DNA of 64,000 bases from Oscillospiraceae bacterium (GCA_015068645.1 SVKD01000002.1:55733-119732); one strand, 5' to 3'; counted from the first letter of the stretch, positions 20,715-30,122 are shown. Notes: a model not told the origin generated them from the letters alone. Translations and numbers: made by a program.

Positions 20715-21347
20715 TTATCGGATATTGTTGCGACCTAAGGGGGAGAGATCCAAGCGAACCTCAGCCAAAACAGCATTTTCCGCCGCATTACCTTCCAACC
20801 AAGGAGAAGCAACATCGGTAACAACAACAATACGTTCTGCGGAAAGCCAGGTAACCGATTTGCCCAGCGCTTCTGATACGAAACGAACAGGAACAAAGGT
20901 TCTGTCTTCCAGAATTTCTGCGGCACAGTCCATCTCGAACAGTTCACCATTTAAAAGATAAGCTTTTTCGCCCACAGTGAGCTCCATCGCAATATCTCCT
21001 AAAGTGACGGTGATGCCACGGGTTTCTGCATTATAACCCACGGTTGCACCCAAGGATTCGGTTAAAAATCTTAAGGGAACCATGGTTCTATCTTCTTTAA
21101 TATAAGGAATTACATTTTTATTTGCCAGGTCAATCCAAGTGAGTTTACCATCGGTAACAGCAGCATAATTGCCGATTTGCAGAAAAATGGTATCTGCTTT
21201 CCGAAGACGGATTTCCTCCGGTTCCTCATCTGACTGCGCAGCAACAACGGAATCTGCTTCTGCAACAGAGACAGATTCATTCGCAAATACGCCAACTGAC
21301 ATACAGATTGAGAGCATCAAAACAAACAGCAAAATCTTCTTCACCAT
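20715..21347 (-). CDS. Secreted stand-alone copper amine oxidase N-terminal (stalk) domain protein
   Basis: Signal peptide; DRTMVPLRFLTESLGATV and DRTFVPVRFVSEALG; paralogous to the C-terminus of the 19382-20653 protein. Confidence 0.8.
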   Translation of the reverse strand: MVKKILLFVLMLSICMSVGVFANESVSVAEADSVVAAQSDEEPEEIRLRKADTIFLQIGNYAAVTDGKLTWIDLANKNVIPYIKEDRTMVPLRFLTESLGATVGYNAETRGITVTLGDIAMELTVGEKAYLLNGELFEMDCAAEILEDRTFVPVRFVSEALGKSVTWLSAERIVVVTDVASPWLEGNAAENAVLAEVRLDLSPLGRNNIR

Positions 21348-21397
21348 TGGTCAAACGCCTCCCCACCTCTAGACAATATAGCTATTTTACTATGATA

Positions 21398-21426
21398 ATT
21401 ATAGCACAGCCCATTTTTTTGGTCAA
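21398..21426 (-). promoter_or_regulatory. Sigma-A-type promoter of the surface-protein genes
   Basis: TTGACC-17 bp-TATAAT with extended TG. Confidence 0.65.
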
Positions 21427-21702
21427 CCCTTTTTCAAAAAAAAATGAAAATTATTTGTAAAATTCATTCGCATTTTTTTGTGCAAAATAACCAAAGAAAT
21501 TGCCACTTCTTATTTCGTTTTGCTGTTTCCACAAATTTTTTCCACAAAAGTTGGGGAATACAAATTTTGTGGCACATTTTCTGTTTTTCGTGTAGCAAAT
21601 TTTTCGGATTAGGACTTTTTTTGTGCAGATTGAGTAATTTTTTCGCAAAAAATTCTCCTATATATATAATATAATAGTATAGGATTTTTTGCTCTGTGAA
21701 TT

Positions 21703-23307
21703 TTATCCAACTGAAACAATTTTGCGGTTTTCCACAGCGATTTTTCTGTCTGCGATATCAAAAGCAGCCTGTTTATGAGAAATAATAATACAGGATTTGC
21801 CTTGCATTGCCTTTAAATTGGATAGCACCTTCTGTTCGGTGGCTTCATCTAAGGCAGAGGTACATTCATCCAGCAAAAACAGGGGAGCATCCAGGTACAC
21901 CGCTCTTGCAATGGCAAGTCGTTGCACCTGACCTTCAGAGAGACCAAGACCTTTTTCCCCTAAAACAGTGTCAAACCCTTCGGGAAGAGTTTGGATAAAG
22001 TCATAAATTTCAGCTGTTTTGGCAGCTTTTATAATATCATCCTCACGAACACCGCGATAAAAGGCAATGTTTTCCCGAATGGTGCCGGAAAGAATCATAT
22101 TCCCTTGCGGAACATAAGCAAGTTCCCGATAGCAACAAACTTCGCCGCTTTTGGGAGTGAGGATGCCCATAATCAATTTTAATAAAGTGGATTTACCGAT
22201 ACCGGAAATACCGGAAATGGCGATGAATTCTCCGTCTTTCATGGTGAAATCGGTATTGTCAAAAATTTCTTCGTCACCGTAGGAGAAGCTCATGTTTTTC
22301 ACTTCCACCACAGGTTTTTTGTTATCCACCAAAAACTTGCGACCGTCAGCAGACAGATTTTCCAGTTCCTGCAGACGTTCTGCAGATGCTAATGTGGAAA
22401 AATACTGAGGCACAATGGACGATAAATCTTTAAAAGGTGTTTGCACCTGATTTACCAGCTGCAAGATTGCCATCAGAGTACCAAAAGTCATCAGTCCCAG
22501 CGAAAGCTTCCACGCACAGTAGCCCATCGCGACATAGTAACTTGCAGTTAATGCTAAGTAGAACAAAATGTTCATCAGAATACTGATGTGATTGCGTTTT
22601 AAGGTAAATTTAAAATGCAAAAACTGAAATGTGCGGGACTCTTCCACCACTTTATCTTCTGCACGGTATGCTTTAATAACCAATAAATTCTGCAAAATTT
22701 CCTGCATAAAGGATTTGGTTTTCCCGTCTGTTTCCATACATTTTTTGTGCAGCTTTTTCATACGGGATGAATACAGCCGAGCCGTCAACAAAATGAAGGG
22801 TGCCAGAATCAGACAAATGGTTGCCAACAGCCAATCCAGCTGAAACATTTCATAAAAGCTTAAGAAAATCCGAACCAGCAGGGAAATCAAATTGGGGACT
22901 AACAGCATAACCCCCGTCACCACCACGTTTACATCGGAATGGATACGGTTGATAAGTTCCCCGGAGTGAATATTGCTGACTTGTTGCCAATCACGCTCTA
23001 AACAGGTGCGAAACACATGTTCTTTTAAGCGGATTCCGTATTGCCCGCTAACACGGGCGTTGTATAAAGAATAAAAAATCTGACTTGCCAAAAGCAAACC
23101 AAGCATCACAAAAAGACGGATAACCTGGGCGGTTAAATCACCTTCCACGGAATGAGAGGCGATATCCAAAAGGTCTTTGGATACGATGGCGAACCGCACG
23201 CCAATAGTTGACATCACAACACCAAGCAAGGTTAAAAGAGCCAGTTTCCCATACATTTTGGGCCCGGTTCTTTTTAAAAGCCATTTTAATTGACTGTTCT
23301 TCTTCAT
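21703..23307 (-). CDS. ABC exporter (fused permease and ATPase, no C39 peptidase domain)
   Basis: N-terminal transmembrane domain; GISGIGKS Walker A, LSEGQVQR signature, LLDECTSALD. Confidence 0.9.
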   Translation of the reverse strand: MKKNSQLKWLLKRTGPKMYGKLALLTLLGVVMSTIGVRFAIVSKDLLDIASHSVEGDLTAQVIRLFVMLGLLLASQIFYSLYNARVSGQYGIRLKEHVFRTCLERDWQQVSNIHSGELINRIHSDVNVVVTGVMLLVPNLISLLVRIFLSFYEMFQLDWLLATICLILAPFILLTARLYSSRMKKLHKKCMETDGKTKSFMQEILQNLLVIKAYRAEDKVVEESRTFQFLHFKFTLKRNHISILMNILFYLALTASYYVAMGYCAWKLSLGLMTFGTLMAILQLVNQVQTPFKDLSSIVPQYFSTLASAERLQELENLSADGRKFLVDNKKPVVEVKNMSFSYGDEEIFDNTDFTMKDGEFIAISGISGIGKSTLLKLIMGILTPKSGEVCCYRELAYVPQGNMILSGTIRENIAFYRGVREDDIIKAAKTAEIYDFIQTLPEGFDTVLGEKGLGLSEGQVQRLAIARAVYLDAPLFLLDECTSALDEATEQKVLSNLKAMQGKSCIIISHKQAAFDIADRKIAVENRKIVSVG

Positions 23308-23324
23308 GCCGTGTATCTCCAAAT

Positions 23325-23792
23325 TTATTTTTTAGGATTCGCCCTAGCGTTTCGCAAACGGAAATTCACAATTTTCCAGCGATAAGGCATCAAAAGGTGC
23401 CAGATGCGAACATAGAACCAATAGCCGAGGCCTTTTGGTTGTTTCACCTTCCCCCAACGGGTAAACTCGGTGACAACGCCTAAAATCTGCTCCCGACGCA
23501 CCGGAGGCTCGGTTTTTAGCTCATTGTCTCCCGCAATCAGGTAAGTGCCGTTTTTACAAACTTTCAGCACACGGTGCAGAATGTATCTGCCGTCATCCCG
23601 TTTATGAAAGGTAATATCATATTTTTTGATGTGTTTGGCAGGGGACAGGACTACCGTGTCACGTCTGGTGTGAAACAGAGGATACATACTGTTCCCCGTT
23701 ACTGTCATACGGACGGTGTCTCCCCGACGGAGTGCTTCCTCGGTAACTGCTCCCATCAGTGCCACATCTGCTATTTTTCTTGTCGGTTCCAT
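23325..23792 (-). CDS. S24/S26-family peptidase (Ser-His type)
   Basis: TGNSMYP nucleophile, YILHRV, GDN motif; no transmembrane helix before the catalytic Ser. Confidence 0.85.
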   Translation of the reverse strand: MEPTRKIADVALMGAVTEEALRRGDTVRMTVTGNSMYPLFHTRRDTVVLSPAKHIKKYDITFHKRDDGRYILHRVLKVCKNGTYLIAGDNELKTEPPVRREQILGVVTEFTRWGKVKQPKGLGYWFYVRIWHLLMPYRWKIVNFRLRNARANPKK

Positions 23793-23795
23793 AGC

Positions 23796-24053
23796 TTATT
23801 CCATTAAATTATTGTCAGAAAGAATTTTTAAAAATGCTTCGATATCCCGTTTTGCGGTGGCTTCGTCGATATCGTATTCCGCAGTCATTTTGGCGCAAAG
23901 ATGGTCCATATCACAGTCATCACCCAAAAGCTCCCACAAGAAAGCACCGGTTTCGTTCACGGTGATCATCGCAGTAAAATCTATCTGGCCAACGGGAATC
24001 ACAATATAGCTGCCTGCCACTTCTTTGAGCATAAAGCCGTCTTTTAATTTCAT
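23796..24053 (-). CDS. PqqD-family RiPP recognition element (stand-alone)
   Basis: 85 aa; VNETGAFLWELL...EYDIDEATAKRDIEAFLKIL.DNNL winged-helix pattern. Confidence 0.88.
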   Translation of the reverse strand: MKLKDGFMLKEVAGSYIVIPVGQIDFTAMITVNETGAFLWELLGDDCDMDHLCAKMTAEYDIDEATAKRDIEAFLKILSDNNLME

Positions 24054-24080
24054 AATTTCTCCTCTCTGTTACCAAAAAAC

Positions 24081-24866
24081 TTACCGAAAAATACGTTTGA
24101 AAAAGCCTTCCGGCTCCGCCTGATAATAGTTGCTGGCGAATTTTTCGATATATTCATTATCTAATAACAAATGACTGTTCACATTCATGTACTGCGCAAA
24201 TTCATCCGACACTTTATGATTAAGATAGTCATACGCTTCTGCCAGATTGGGGGAACGCTCAGACTGATTGTGACAATCGCTTCCCATCAGGTGGATGGCG
24301 TCTTTTTCAACCATTTTAAGTACGTATTTACGCATTTTTTTATCTAAAATAGATTCGGCGTTAATCTGAAAATACACATCCATTGCCGCAAGTTTATTAA
24401 TCTTTTTCTTATCCACGTGAGGATAACGCTCAATATGCGCAATCACGGGAATCAAGTTACAATGGGCAATCAGCGCATAAATAGAATCAAACATCCAATC
24501 GTACCAAGCGGTGGAATAAGGCATTTCCACCAAAATGTATCGGGTACCTTCGATGGCGAGCTTCTCAATACCGTTAATTTCCGAAAGGTCACAGTTTAAA
24601 AGCACTTCTGCACCCAAACGAAGATCGGGAAACGTTACTCCTTTTTCTTTGGCAAATTGCCGAAGCTCCATGGCACGTCTGTTGCGTTTGGCAATAAATT
24701 CATCAATGGAAATATTTTCAATATCCTTGCAATGAGGAGTGCAAATCACCGTTTCCACATTCTGACGGTATTCTTCCTCCAACATTTTTAAGGAGGTTTC
24801 AATATGCTCGGGACCGTCATCAAATTTGGGAAGAATATGAGAATGCACGTCTACGTATTTCAGCAT
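24081..24866 (-). CDS. CpsB/CapC PHP-family tyrosine-protein phosphatase
   Basis: DVHSHILP.FDDG, TPH, AHIER, GSDCHN. Confidence 0.9.
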   Translation of the reverse strand: MLKYVDVHSHILPKFDDGPEHIETSLKMLEEEYRQNVETVICTPHCKDIENISIDEFIAKRNRRAMELRQFAKEKGVTFPDLRLGAEVLLNCDLSEINGIEKLAIEGTRYILVEMPYSTAWYDWMFDSIYALIAHCNLIPVIAHIERYPHVDKKKINKLAAMDVYFQINAESILDKKMRKYVLKMVEKDAIHLMGSDCHNQSERSPNLAEAYDYLNHKVSDEFAQYMNVNSHLLLDNEYIEKFASNYYQAEPEGFFKRIFR

Positions 24867-24911
24867 GTGCTCACCTGCTTTCCGATGGTTGATTTCAAAG
24901 GGAAATGCGGA

Positions 24912-25841
24912 TTATTTTTCTTTGGAGTCGCGCTTTCTCACGGTGGCTTTTTCACCGGCGGAAACTTGACCGCCCTGTCTCATTTTCTTGAGCAACTCAG
25001 CTCTTTCTTTGGTACGGGAATCTTTTGCTTTGTTGGAATATTCGTAAGAGCTGTAAGAACCGCTATAGTTACCGTAATAACGGCGTTTGTAGTAACCGTA
25101 TCTGCCGTAACCCATATGGTAGCGATAGTAAGAGCCGCCGTCTTCCACGGCATCATTTAAGAGAAATCCCAACACTTTTGCGCCTGAGAATTTCAGTTTT
25201 TCCAATGCTTCCTGCAAAGACTTATGGTCAGTTACTCCCTGACGGGCAACCATAACGGTACCGGATGCAGAGCTTGCCAATAGCAGCGCATCCGCCAGAA
25301 GATTTACAGGGGGAGTATCAATTAAAATATATCGGTATTCTTTCTTAAGCTCGGTGAGCATGTCCTGCATTTCCTTAGAGGATAACAACTCTGCAGGGTT
25401 GGGAGGAATATGACCGGAAGGCATAACAAATAAGTTCTCATACTGGGTAGCTTGAATTGCTTCCTTCACCGGACAAAAACTACGAAGTGCGTTGGACAAG
25501 CCTGTTTTAGAGACAATACCAAATACTTTGGCAACACGGGGCTTTCTTAAGTCACAGTCAATCAGCAGCGTTTTCTCACCGGTTTGTGCAAAGGCAATCG
25601 CCAGATTAATGCAGTTGGTGGTTTTGCCTTCCATGGGCCAGGAACTGGTTACGATGATGACGCTGCTTTCTTCTTCGGGCAGAGCAAAACGAATATTGGT
25701 TCTGCCGATTTTATATGCTTCACGAATACTGAAGTTGGATTTATCGTCAATTAAGTGGGTGGAACGGGTAGCGCGACGAGGCGATTCTTTTTTGCGGGAA
25801 CGAAGCAGGGAGCCTACCGTGTGATTATTTAACTTTTTCAT
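24912..25841 (-). CDS. CpsD/CapB bacterial tyrosine kinase
   Basis: EAYK..RTNI, TSSWPMEGKTT, IDCDLRKP, LIDTPP, C-terminal Tyr cluster. Confidence 0.92.
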   Translation of the reverse strand: MKKLNNHTVGSLLRSRKKESPRRATRSTHLIDDKSNFSIREAYKIGRTNIRFALPEEESSVIIVTSSWPMEGKTTNCINLAIAFAQTGEKTLLIDCDLRKPRVAKVFGIVSKTGLSNALRSFCPVKEAIQATQYENLFVMPSGHIPPNPAELLSSKEMQDMLTELKKEYRYILIDTPPVNLLADALLLASSASGTVMVARQGVTDHKSLQEALEKLKFSGAKVLGFLLNDAVEDGGSYYRYHMGYGRYGYYKRRYYGNYSGSYSSYEYSNKAKDSRTKERAELLKKMRQGGQVSAGEKATVRKRDSKEK

Positions 25842-26632
25842 ACTGATTTCCCTCCTTCTTCCGGATTTTCAGGCTCAGACTGATAATGAGAGCCGTAGTT
25901 GTAACTGTAACCGTATCTTCCGCCGTAACGACTGTGAGAAGAGCCTTCGTGGTGCAGATTGGGAATAACCGAAAGCACCGGAAGCTTATACTGCTCGCTA
26001 AGCTCTTCTTTGGATTTTACGGAAGTGTTCATCAGCTCGAACACAAATGCCATACCGCAGGCTACCACTAATCCCACCAGAACACCGATGATGGTATTCT
26101 GAGAAACATTGGGGGAGCTGGGCTTGGTGGGAAGATTTGCCTTGTCCACCGTTTCCACCGCACCGGCACGAACCACACGGATAATTTCCATGGGTGCCAC
26201 CTGCTCAATCGCATCTGCAATAATTTTTGCGTGTTCCGCATCGGTGCAGGAAACCGCAACTTCAAATACTTCGGTTTCTTCCAGAACGTCGGAAGAAATC
26301 ATCCCTCTTAATTCGTTGGCAGTGTAGTTCACGCCAAGACGACTGATTTTGTTGGAAACAGTTTCCAAAACCGTGTCACTTTTTAAAATAACCATATAGG
26401 TATTAACCAGCTTGGCAGACAGGTTAAAGTCATTCACGTTCATTCCCTGATTTAAGGGGTCATTTTTTTCGTTATACACATAAAGAGCAACTTTAGCGGT
26501 GTATTTTTTCGGCAAAACATACTGAGAATAAGAAAATGCAATGATGCCTCCGATTAAAGCCATCGTTACAATCAGCCACAGTCGTTTTAACAGTATTGTG
26601 ATAATCTCGTTGACGGTAAAATTCCGTTCCAT
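25838..26632 (-). CDS. CpsC/CapA (Wzz-like) transmembrane kinase modulator
   Basis: Two transmembrane helices, PKKYTA, PTKPSSPN before the second helix; overlaps the kinase start. Confidence 0.9.
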   Translation of the reverse strand: MERNFTVNEIITILLKRLWLIVTMALIGGIIAFSYSQYVLPKKYTAKVALYVYNEKNDPLNQGMNVNDFNLSAKLVNTYMVILKSDTVLETVSNKISRLGVNYTANELRGMISSDVLEETEVFEVAVSCTDAEHAKIIADAIEQVAPMEIIRVVRAGAVETVDKANLPTKPSSPNVSQNTIIGVLVGLVVACGMAFVFELMNTSVKSKEELSEQYKLPVLSVIPNLHHEGSSHSRYGGRYGYSYNYGSHYQSEPENPEEGGKSV

Positions 26633-26694
26633 ATCCTTTGCTTCCTTTCCGGGATTGATGTTTTTATACTATAAGAAAACAATTTTCCGCATCC

Positions 26695-26723
26695 ATTATA
26701 GCATGTGTTTGCCCAAATGTCAA
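26695..26723 (-). promoter_or_regulatory. Consensus sigma-A promoter of cpsC-cpsD-cpsB-pqqD-peptidase-ABC
   Basis: TTGACA-17 bp-TATAAT with extended TG. Confidence 0.75.
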
Positions 26724-26944
26724 CTGATTTCTTGATTTTTTAGCTGTTTTTCCTCAGATTTTACTGTTTTTTGACCCTTTTTTCCACAACCTTCCTTTTG
26801 GGGCTTATATCAAGGGATTTTTCAGGGAAAACAGCGAGTTTTTTCTTGACTTTTTCCCCATTTTATAGTATGATGGTGTTATATAATAGCGTAATATGCA
26901 TTTCCCCACCGCGAAAACCTTACCGAAGAAGGAGATTTTTTCCG

Positions 26945-28804
26945 ATGGACACCTTTAAAAAATACAAAAAATACAGCCTGATTTTTGCGGATTTTGTCTG
27001 CATTGTTTTCTCATATCTTGCATTCATTCTCATCCGGTTTGATGAAGGAGTATCTCAGGCGATTGTAGACCAAACCATTCGCACGGTTCTGTTAACCACT
27101 GTCTGTGCTACCGTTTCCTTAATCATCGGCGGTTGCTATAACACCCTCTGGAAGTACAGCAGCGTGAGGGAATACGGCAGAACTATGGGATATTTCGGCA
27201 TCGGTGTGATTCCCGTATTTTTGGCAAGAGTATTTTTCTCCAATTTGTTCTTATCACACAAAATTATTCTGATCTTCAGCTTTTTGGCAGCAGTTATTGT
27301 AGTTATCAACCGTGTGGCAATCCGTATGATTTTGTCTGCTACCGACCTGCCGCACAAGAGCAAAGACGGCGCCAACACCTTAATCGTGGGTGGCGGTTCT
27401 GCCGCAAAGCTTTTGATTGAAGATATTTTGAGAAATCAGCAGAATTTATACCGTGTTGTAGGAATTATTGACGATAACCCCCAAAAAGTGGGACGTTCCA
27501 TTCACGGATACCGTGTGTTCGGCTCCCGAAAAGACATTCCCCAAGTAGCAAAAGCACAGAATGTGGAAGTGATTATTATCGCCATTCCCTCGGTTGACCA
27601 GGCATCTTTGCAGAAGATTTTATCCATCTGTAGCGAAACCGCCTGCAAAATCAAAATTCTTCCCGGCATTGAACAATCTATGTCTGATAAAAAGTCCATT
27701 TCCTCCAACGCCATTCGTGACGTGGAAATTGAAGACCTTTTGGAACGTGACCCCATCCATCTGGATAACCAGAGCTTAAAAAGTCAGATAGCCGGCAAAA
27801 CCGTGCTGGTAACCGGAGGAGGCGGCTCCATCGGCTCTGAGCTTTGTCGCCAGATTGCCAAATACAATCCCGGCAAGTTGGTTGTGGTGGATTGCTACGA
27901 AAACAATGCCTACGATCTGCAGCAGGAGCTTCGTTATCAATATCCTGATTTGTCGCTGGATGTAATTATCGCTTCCGTACGAGACCAGCAGCGTCTAGAC
28001 GAACTGTTTGCACATTACCGTCCCCAGTTGGTGTTCCATGCAGCAGCCCACAAACACGTGCCTCTCATGGAAAAAAGCCCTCAGGAAGCTATTAAAAACA
28101 ACGTATTCGGCACCTTGAACACAGCCCTGACCGCTCATAAGTATCAGGTAGAAAAATTTGTGCTGATTTCCACCGATAAAGCGGTAAATCCCACCAACAT
28201 TATGGGTGCTACCAAACGTATCTGCGAAATGATTACCCAGTCCATTCAGTCCATTTCGGAAACTGATTTTGTGGCAGTTCGGTTCGGAAACGTGCTTGGC
28301 TCCAACGGTTCGGTAATTCCGCTGTTCCGCAAACAGATTCAGCGTGGCGGACCTGTTACTGTAACACACAAAGACATCACCCGTTATTTTATGACCATTC
28401 CCGAAGCGTCCCAGCTGGTGTTGCAGGCGGCAAGCTTTGCCACCGGCGGCGAAATTTTCGTGCTGGATATGGGACGCCCCGTTAAAATTTACGATTTGGC
28501 AGAAAAACTGATTCGTCTTTCCGGCTACACTCCCGGAAAAGATATTGAAATCAAGGTATCCGGTCTTCGTCCCGGCGAAAAGCTCTACGAGGAGCTTTTG
28601 ATGGCAGAAGAAGGCTTAACCAATACCTCTCACAACAAGATTTTCATCGGGCAGCCTATTGCCTGTGAATATGAACAGTTAACCAAACAGCTGGAAACCT
28701 TAAAAGCTGTGCTTTACGATACCGATCCCGACGGAGTGAAAAAAGCGGTTGCCGCTATGGTAGACACCTATACTCCCGATCTGGATGCCCAAAAAGTAAA
28801 GTAA
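26945..28804 (+). CDS. CapD/PglF-like nucleotide-sugar 4,6-dehydratase
   Basis: Four N-terminal transmembrane helices; VTGGGGSIGSELCRQI, HAAAHKHVPLME, STDKAVNPTNIMGATKR, VRFGNVLGSNGSV. Confidence 0.92.
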   Translation: MDTFKKYKKYSLIFADFVCIVFSYLAFILIRFDEGVSQAIVDQTIRTVLLTTVCATVSLIIGGCYNTLWKYSSVREYGRTMGYFGIGVIPVFLARVFFSNLFLSHKIILIFSFLAAVIVVINRVAIRMILSATDLPHKSKDGANTLIVGGGSAAKLLIEDILRNQQNLYRVVGIIDDNPQKVGRSIHGYRVFGSRKDIPQVAKAQNVEVIIIAIPSVDQASLQKILSICSETACKIKILPGIEQSMSDKKSISSNAIRDVEIEDLLERDPIHLDNQSLKSQIAGKTVLVTGGGGSIGSELCRQIAKYNPGKLVVVDCYENNAYDLQQELRYQYPDLSLDVIIASVRDQQRLDELFAHYRPQLVFHAAAHKHVPLMEKSPQEAIKNNVFGTLNTALTAHKYQVEKFVLISTDKAVNPTNIMGATKRICEMITQSIQSISETDFVAVRFGNVLGSNGSVIPLFRKQIQRGGPVTVTHKDITRYFMTIPEASQLVLQAASFATGGEIFVLDMGRPVKIYDLAEKLIRLSGYTPGKDIEIKVSGLRPGEKLYEELLMAEEGLTNTSHNKIFIGQPIACEYEQLTKQLETLKAVLYDTDPDGVKKAVAAMVDTYTPDLDAQKVK

Positions 28805-28861
28805 CCCCATAAGCAAAAGCAACCAACCCAACGCAATCCTAGCAAAAATGGAGAAAAAATT

Positions 28862-29164
28862 ATGGTAAAACACATTGTATTCTGGAACATTAAAGACGAA
28901 GTAAACGGCGAATCCAAGGCGCAGATGATGCTGAAGATGAAAGAAATGCTGGAAGACTTAAACGGCAAAATCCCCGGTCTTCTCACCTGCGAAGTGGGAA
29001 TTGACCAAAATAAAAGCGATGCGGCATACGACATTTGCCTGTATTCCGAATTTCCCGATTGGGACAGCTTAAACGCTTATCAGGATCATCCTCTGCATGT
29101 TGCTTGCAAAGGCTATATCAGAGCAATTGCAGAAAGTCGGGTACTCTGCGACTACGAAGCTTAG
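28862..29164 (+). CDS. Dabb (stress-responsive A/B barrel) protein
   Basis: MVKHIVFW, YQDHPLH, DYE C-terminus. Confidence 0.88.
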   Translation: MVKHIVFWNIKDEVNGESKAQMMLKMKEMLEDLNGKIPGLLTCEVGIDQNKSDAAYDICLYSEFPDWDSLNAYQDHPLHVACKGYIRAIAESRVLCDYEA

Positions 29165-29169
29165 AAAAC

Positions 29170-29422
29170 AGCTTGTAAAAGAACGCAGACCACAAAAAAG
29201 CAACATTTTTTGCCACCTTCCCCTCGAGGGGAAGGTGGCAAAACCATAGGTTTTGACGGATGAGGTGTCATTTTTCAAAGTGAAAATTGTTTGCAACAAT
29301 TTTGAATTGTAATTGCTTTTTTGTTACGAACAAACTTCACCTCTCGGCGTACCTGTGTACGCCTTCGGGTAACCCCTGCGGGTTCAGTTTGTCCGTTCTG
29401 CGCCCTTTTCCTGCACCTCAGA
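29170..29422 (-). repeat. Family C long variant after Dabb stop, with family B element at 29212-29267
   Basis: AGCTTGTAAAAGAAC terminus; core CTCGGCGTAC-GTACGCCTTCGGGTAACCC. Confidence 0.8.
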
Positions 29423-29490
29423 TAGCGGAGAACCAAACAAATGCTTGCTCCAACAATGCGGATTCGGTGGATTCATTCTCACCTTACTGT

Positions 29491-29548
29491 GTAGGGAATG
29501 CATTTATGCATTCCGCAAAATAACAGAACGGATGAATCCGTTCCCTAC
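29491..29548. repeat. Inverted GTAG-REP doublet
   Basis: GTAGGGAATGCATTTATGCATTCCG ... GAACGGATGAATCCGTTCCCTAC. Confidence 0.7.
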
Positions 29549-29605
29549 AATGCAGGCTTTGCCTGCCACCGCAATTCTTCATTATTCATTATTCACTATT
29601 CATTC
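29549..29605. repeat. Half family A element
   Basis: TGCAGGCTTTGCCTGCCACCGCAATT plus ATTCATT/ATTCACT heptamers. Confidence 0.75.
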
Positions 29606-29621
29606 AAACCGGGGAGGCACT

Positions 29622-30041
29622 ATGTATCCGAGAACGTTAGCGATTGACTACGGTGACCGCAGAATCGGTCTTGCCGTTTCCGACCTGCTTGGCATCACCG
29701 CTCAACCCATTGGTTATATTACCGTGAATGGGGATCGGGATGCCCTAAAACAGTTGGTTGGGTATGTCAATGAATATCAGATAAAAAAATTCGTGCTGGG
29801 CCTTCCCAAAAACATGGATGGCAGTGAGGGTCCCCGTGTGGAAAAAACCCGTGACTTTGCCAAAAAACTTTCCGAAGATTTCCCCCAAATCCCCATTGAT
29901 TTTTACGATGAGCGAATGACCACCATTGTGGCACAGCGGGCGTTAATCGGAATGAATGTGCGTAAAAAAGAAGGCAAAAAAGATATGCTTTCTGCGGCAA
30001 TTATTCTGCAGGGATATATACAAAGCCATCCTCAAGGCTAA
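29622..30041 (+). CDS. ruvX: YqgF/RuvX-family RNase H-fold nuclease
   Basis: LAIDYGDRRIGLAVSD, VLGLPKNMDG, DERMTT; GGGGAGG RBS before 29622. Confidence 0.92.
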   Translation: MYPRTLAIDYGDRRIGLAVSDLLGITAQPIGYITVNGDRDALKQLVGYVNEYQIKKFVLGLPKNMDGSEGPRVEKTRDFAKKLSEDFPQIPIDFYDERMTTIVAQRALIGMNVRKKEGKKDMLSAAIILQGYIQSHPQG

Positions 30042-30122
30042 ACAGAAGATTTTAAATTTCATTTCATATTTTTGGAACAAATTGATTCCAAAAAAGTCAA
30101 AAGAACAAGGAGGTCATTCAAA

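Noticed and set aside
17311-21347. Cellulosome
   Set aside because: No glycoside hydrolase, CBM or multi-cohesin scaffoldin is recognisable.
17127-24053. Lasso peptide cluster
   Set aside because: No asparagine-synthetase-like cyclase or B2 peptidase, and no obvious Thr(-2)/ring pattern. Only the RRE-leader logic is retained.
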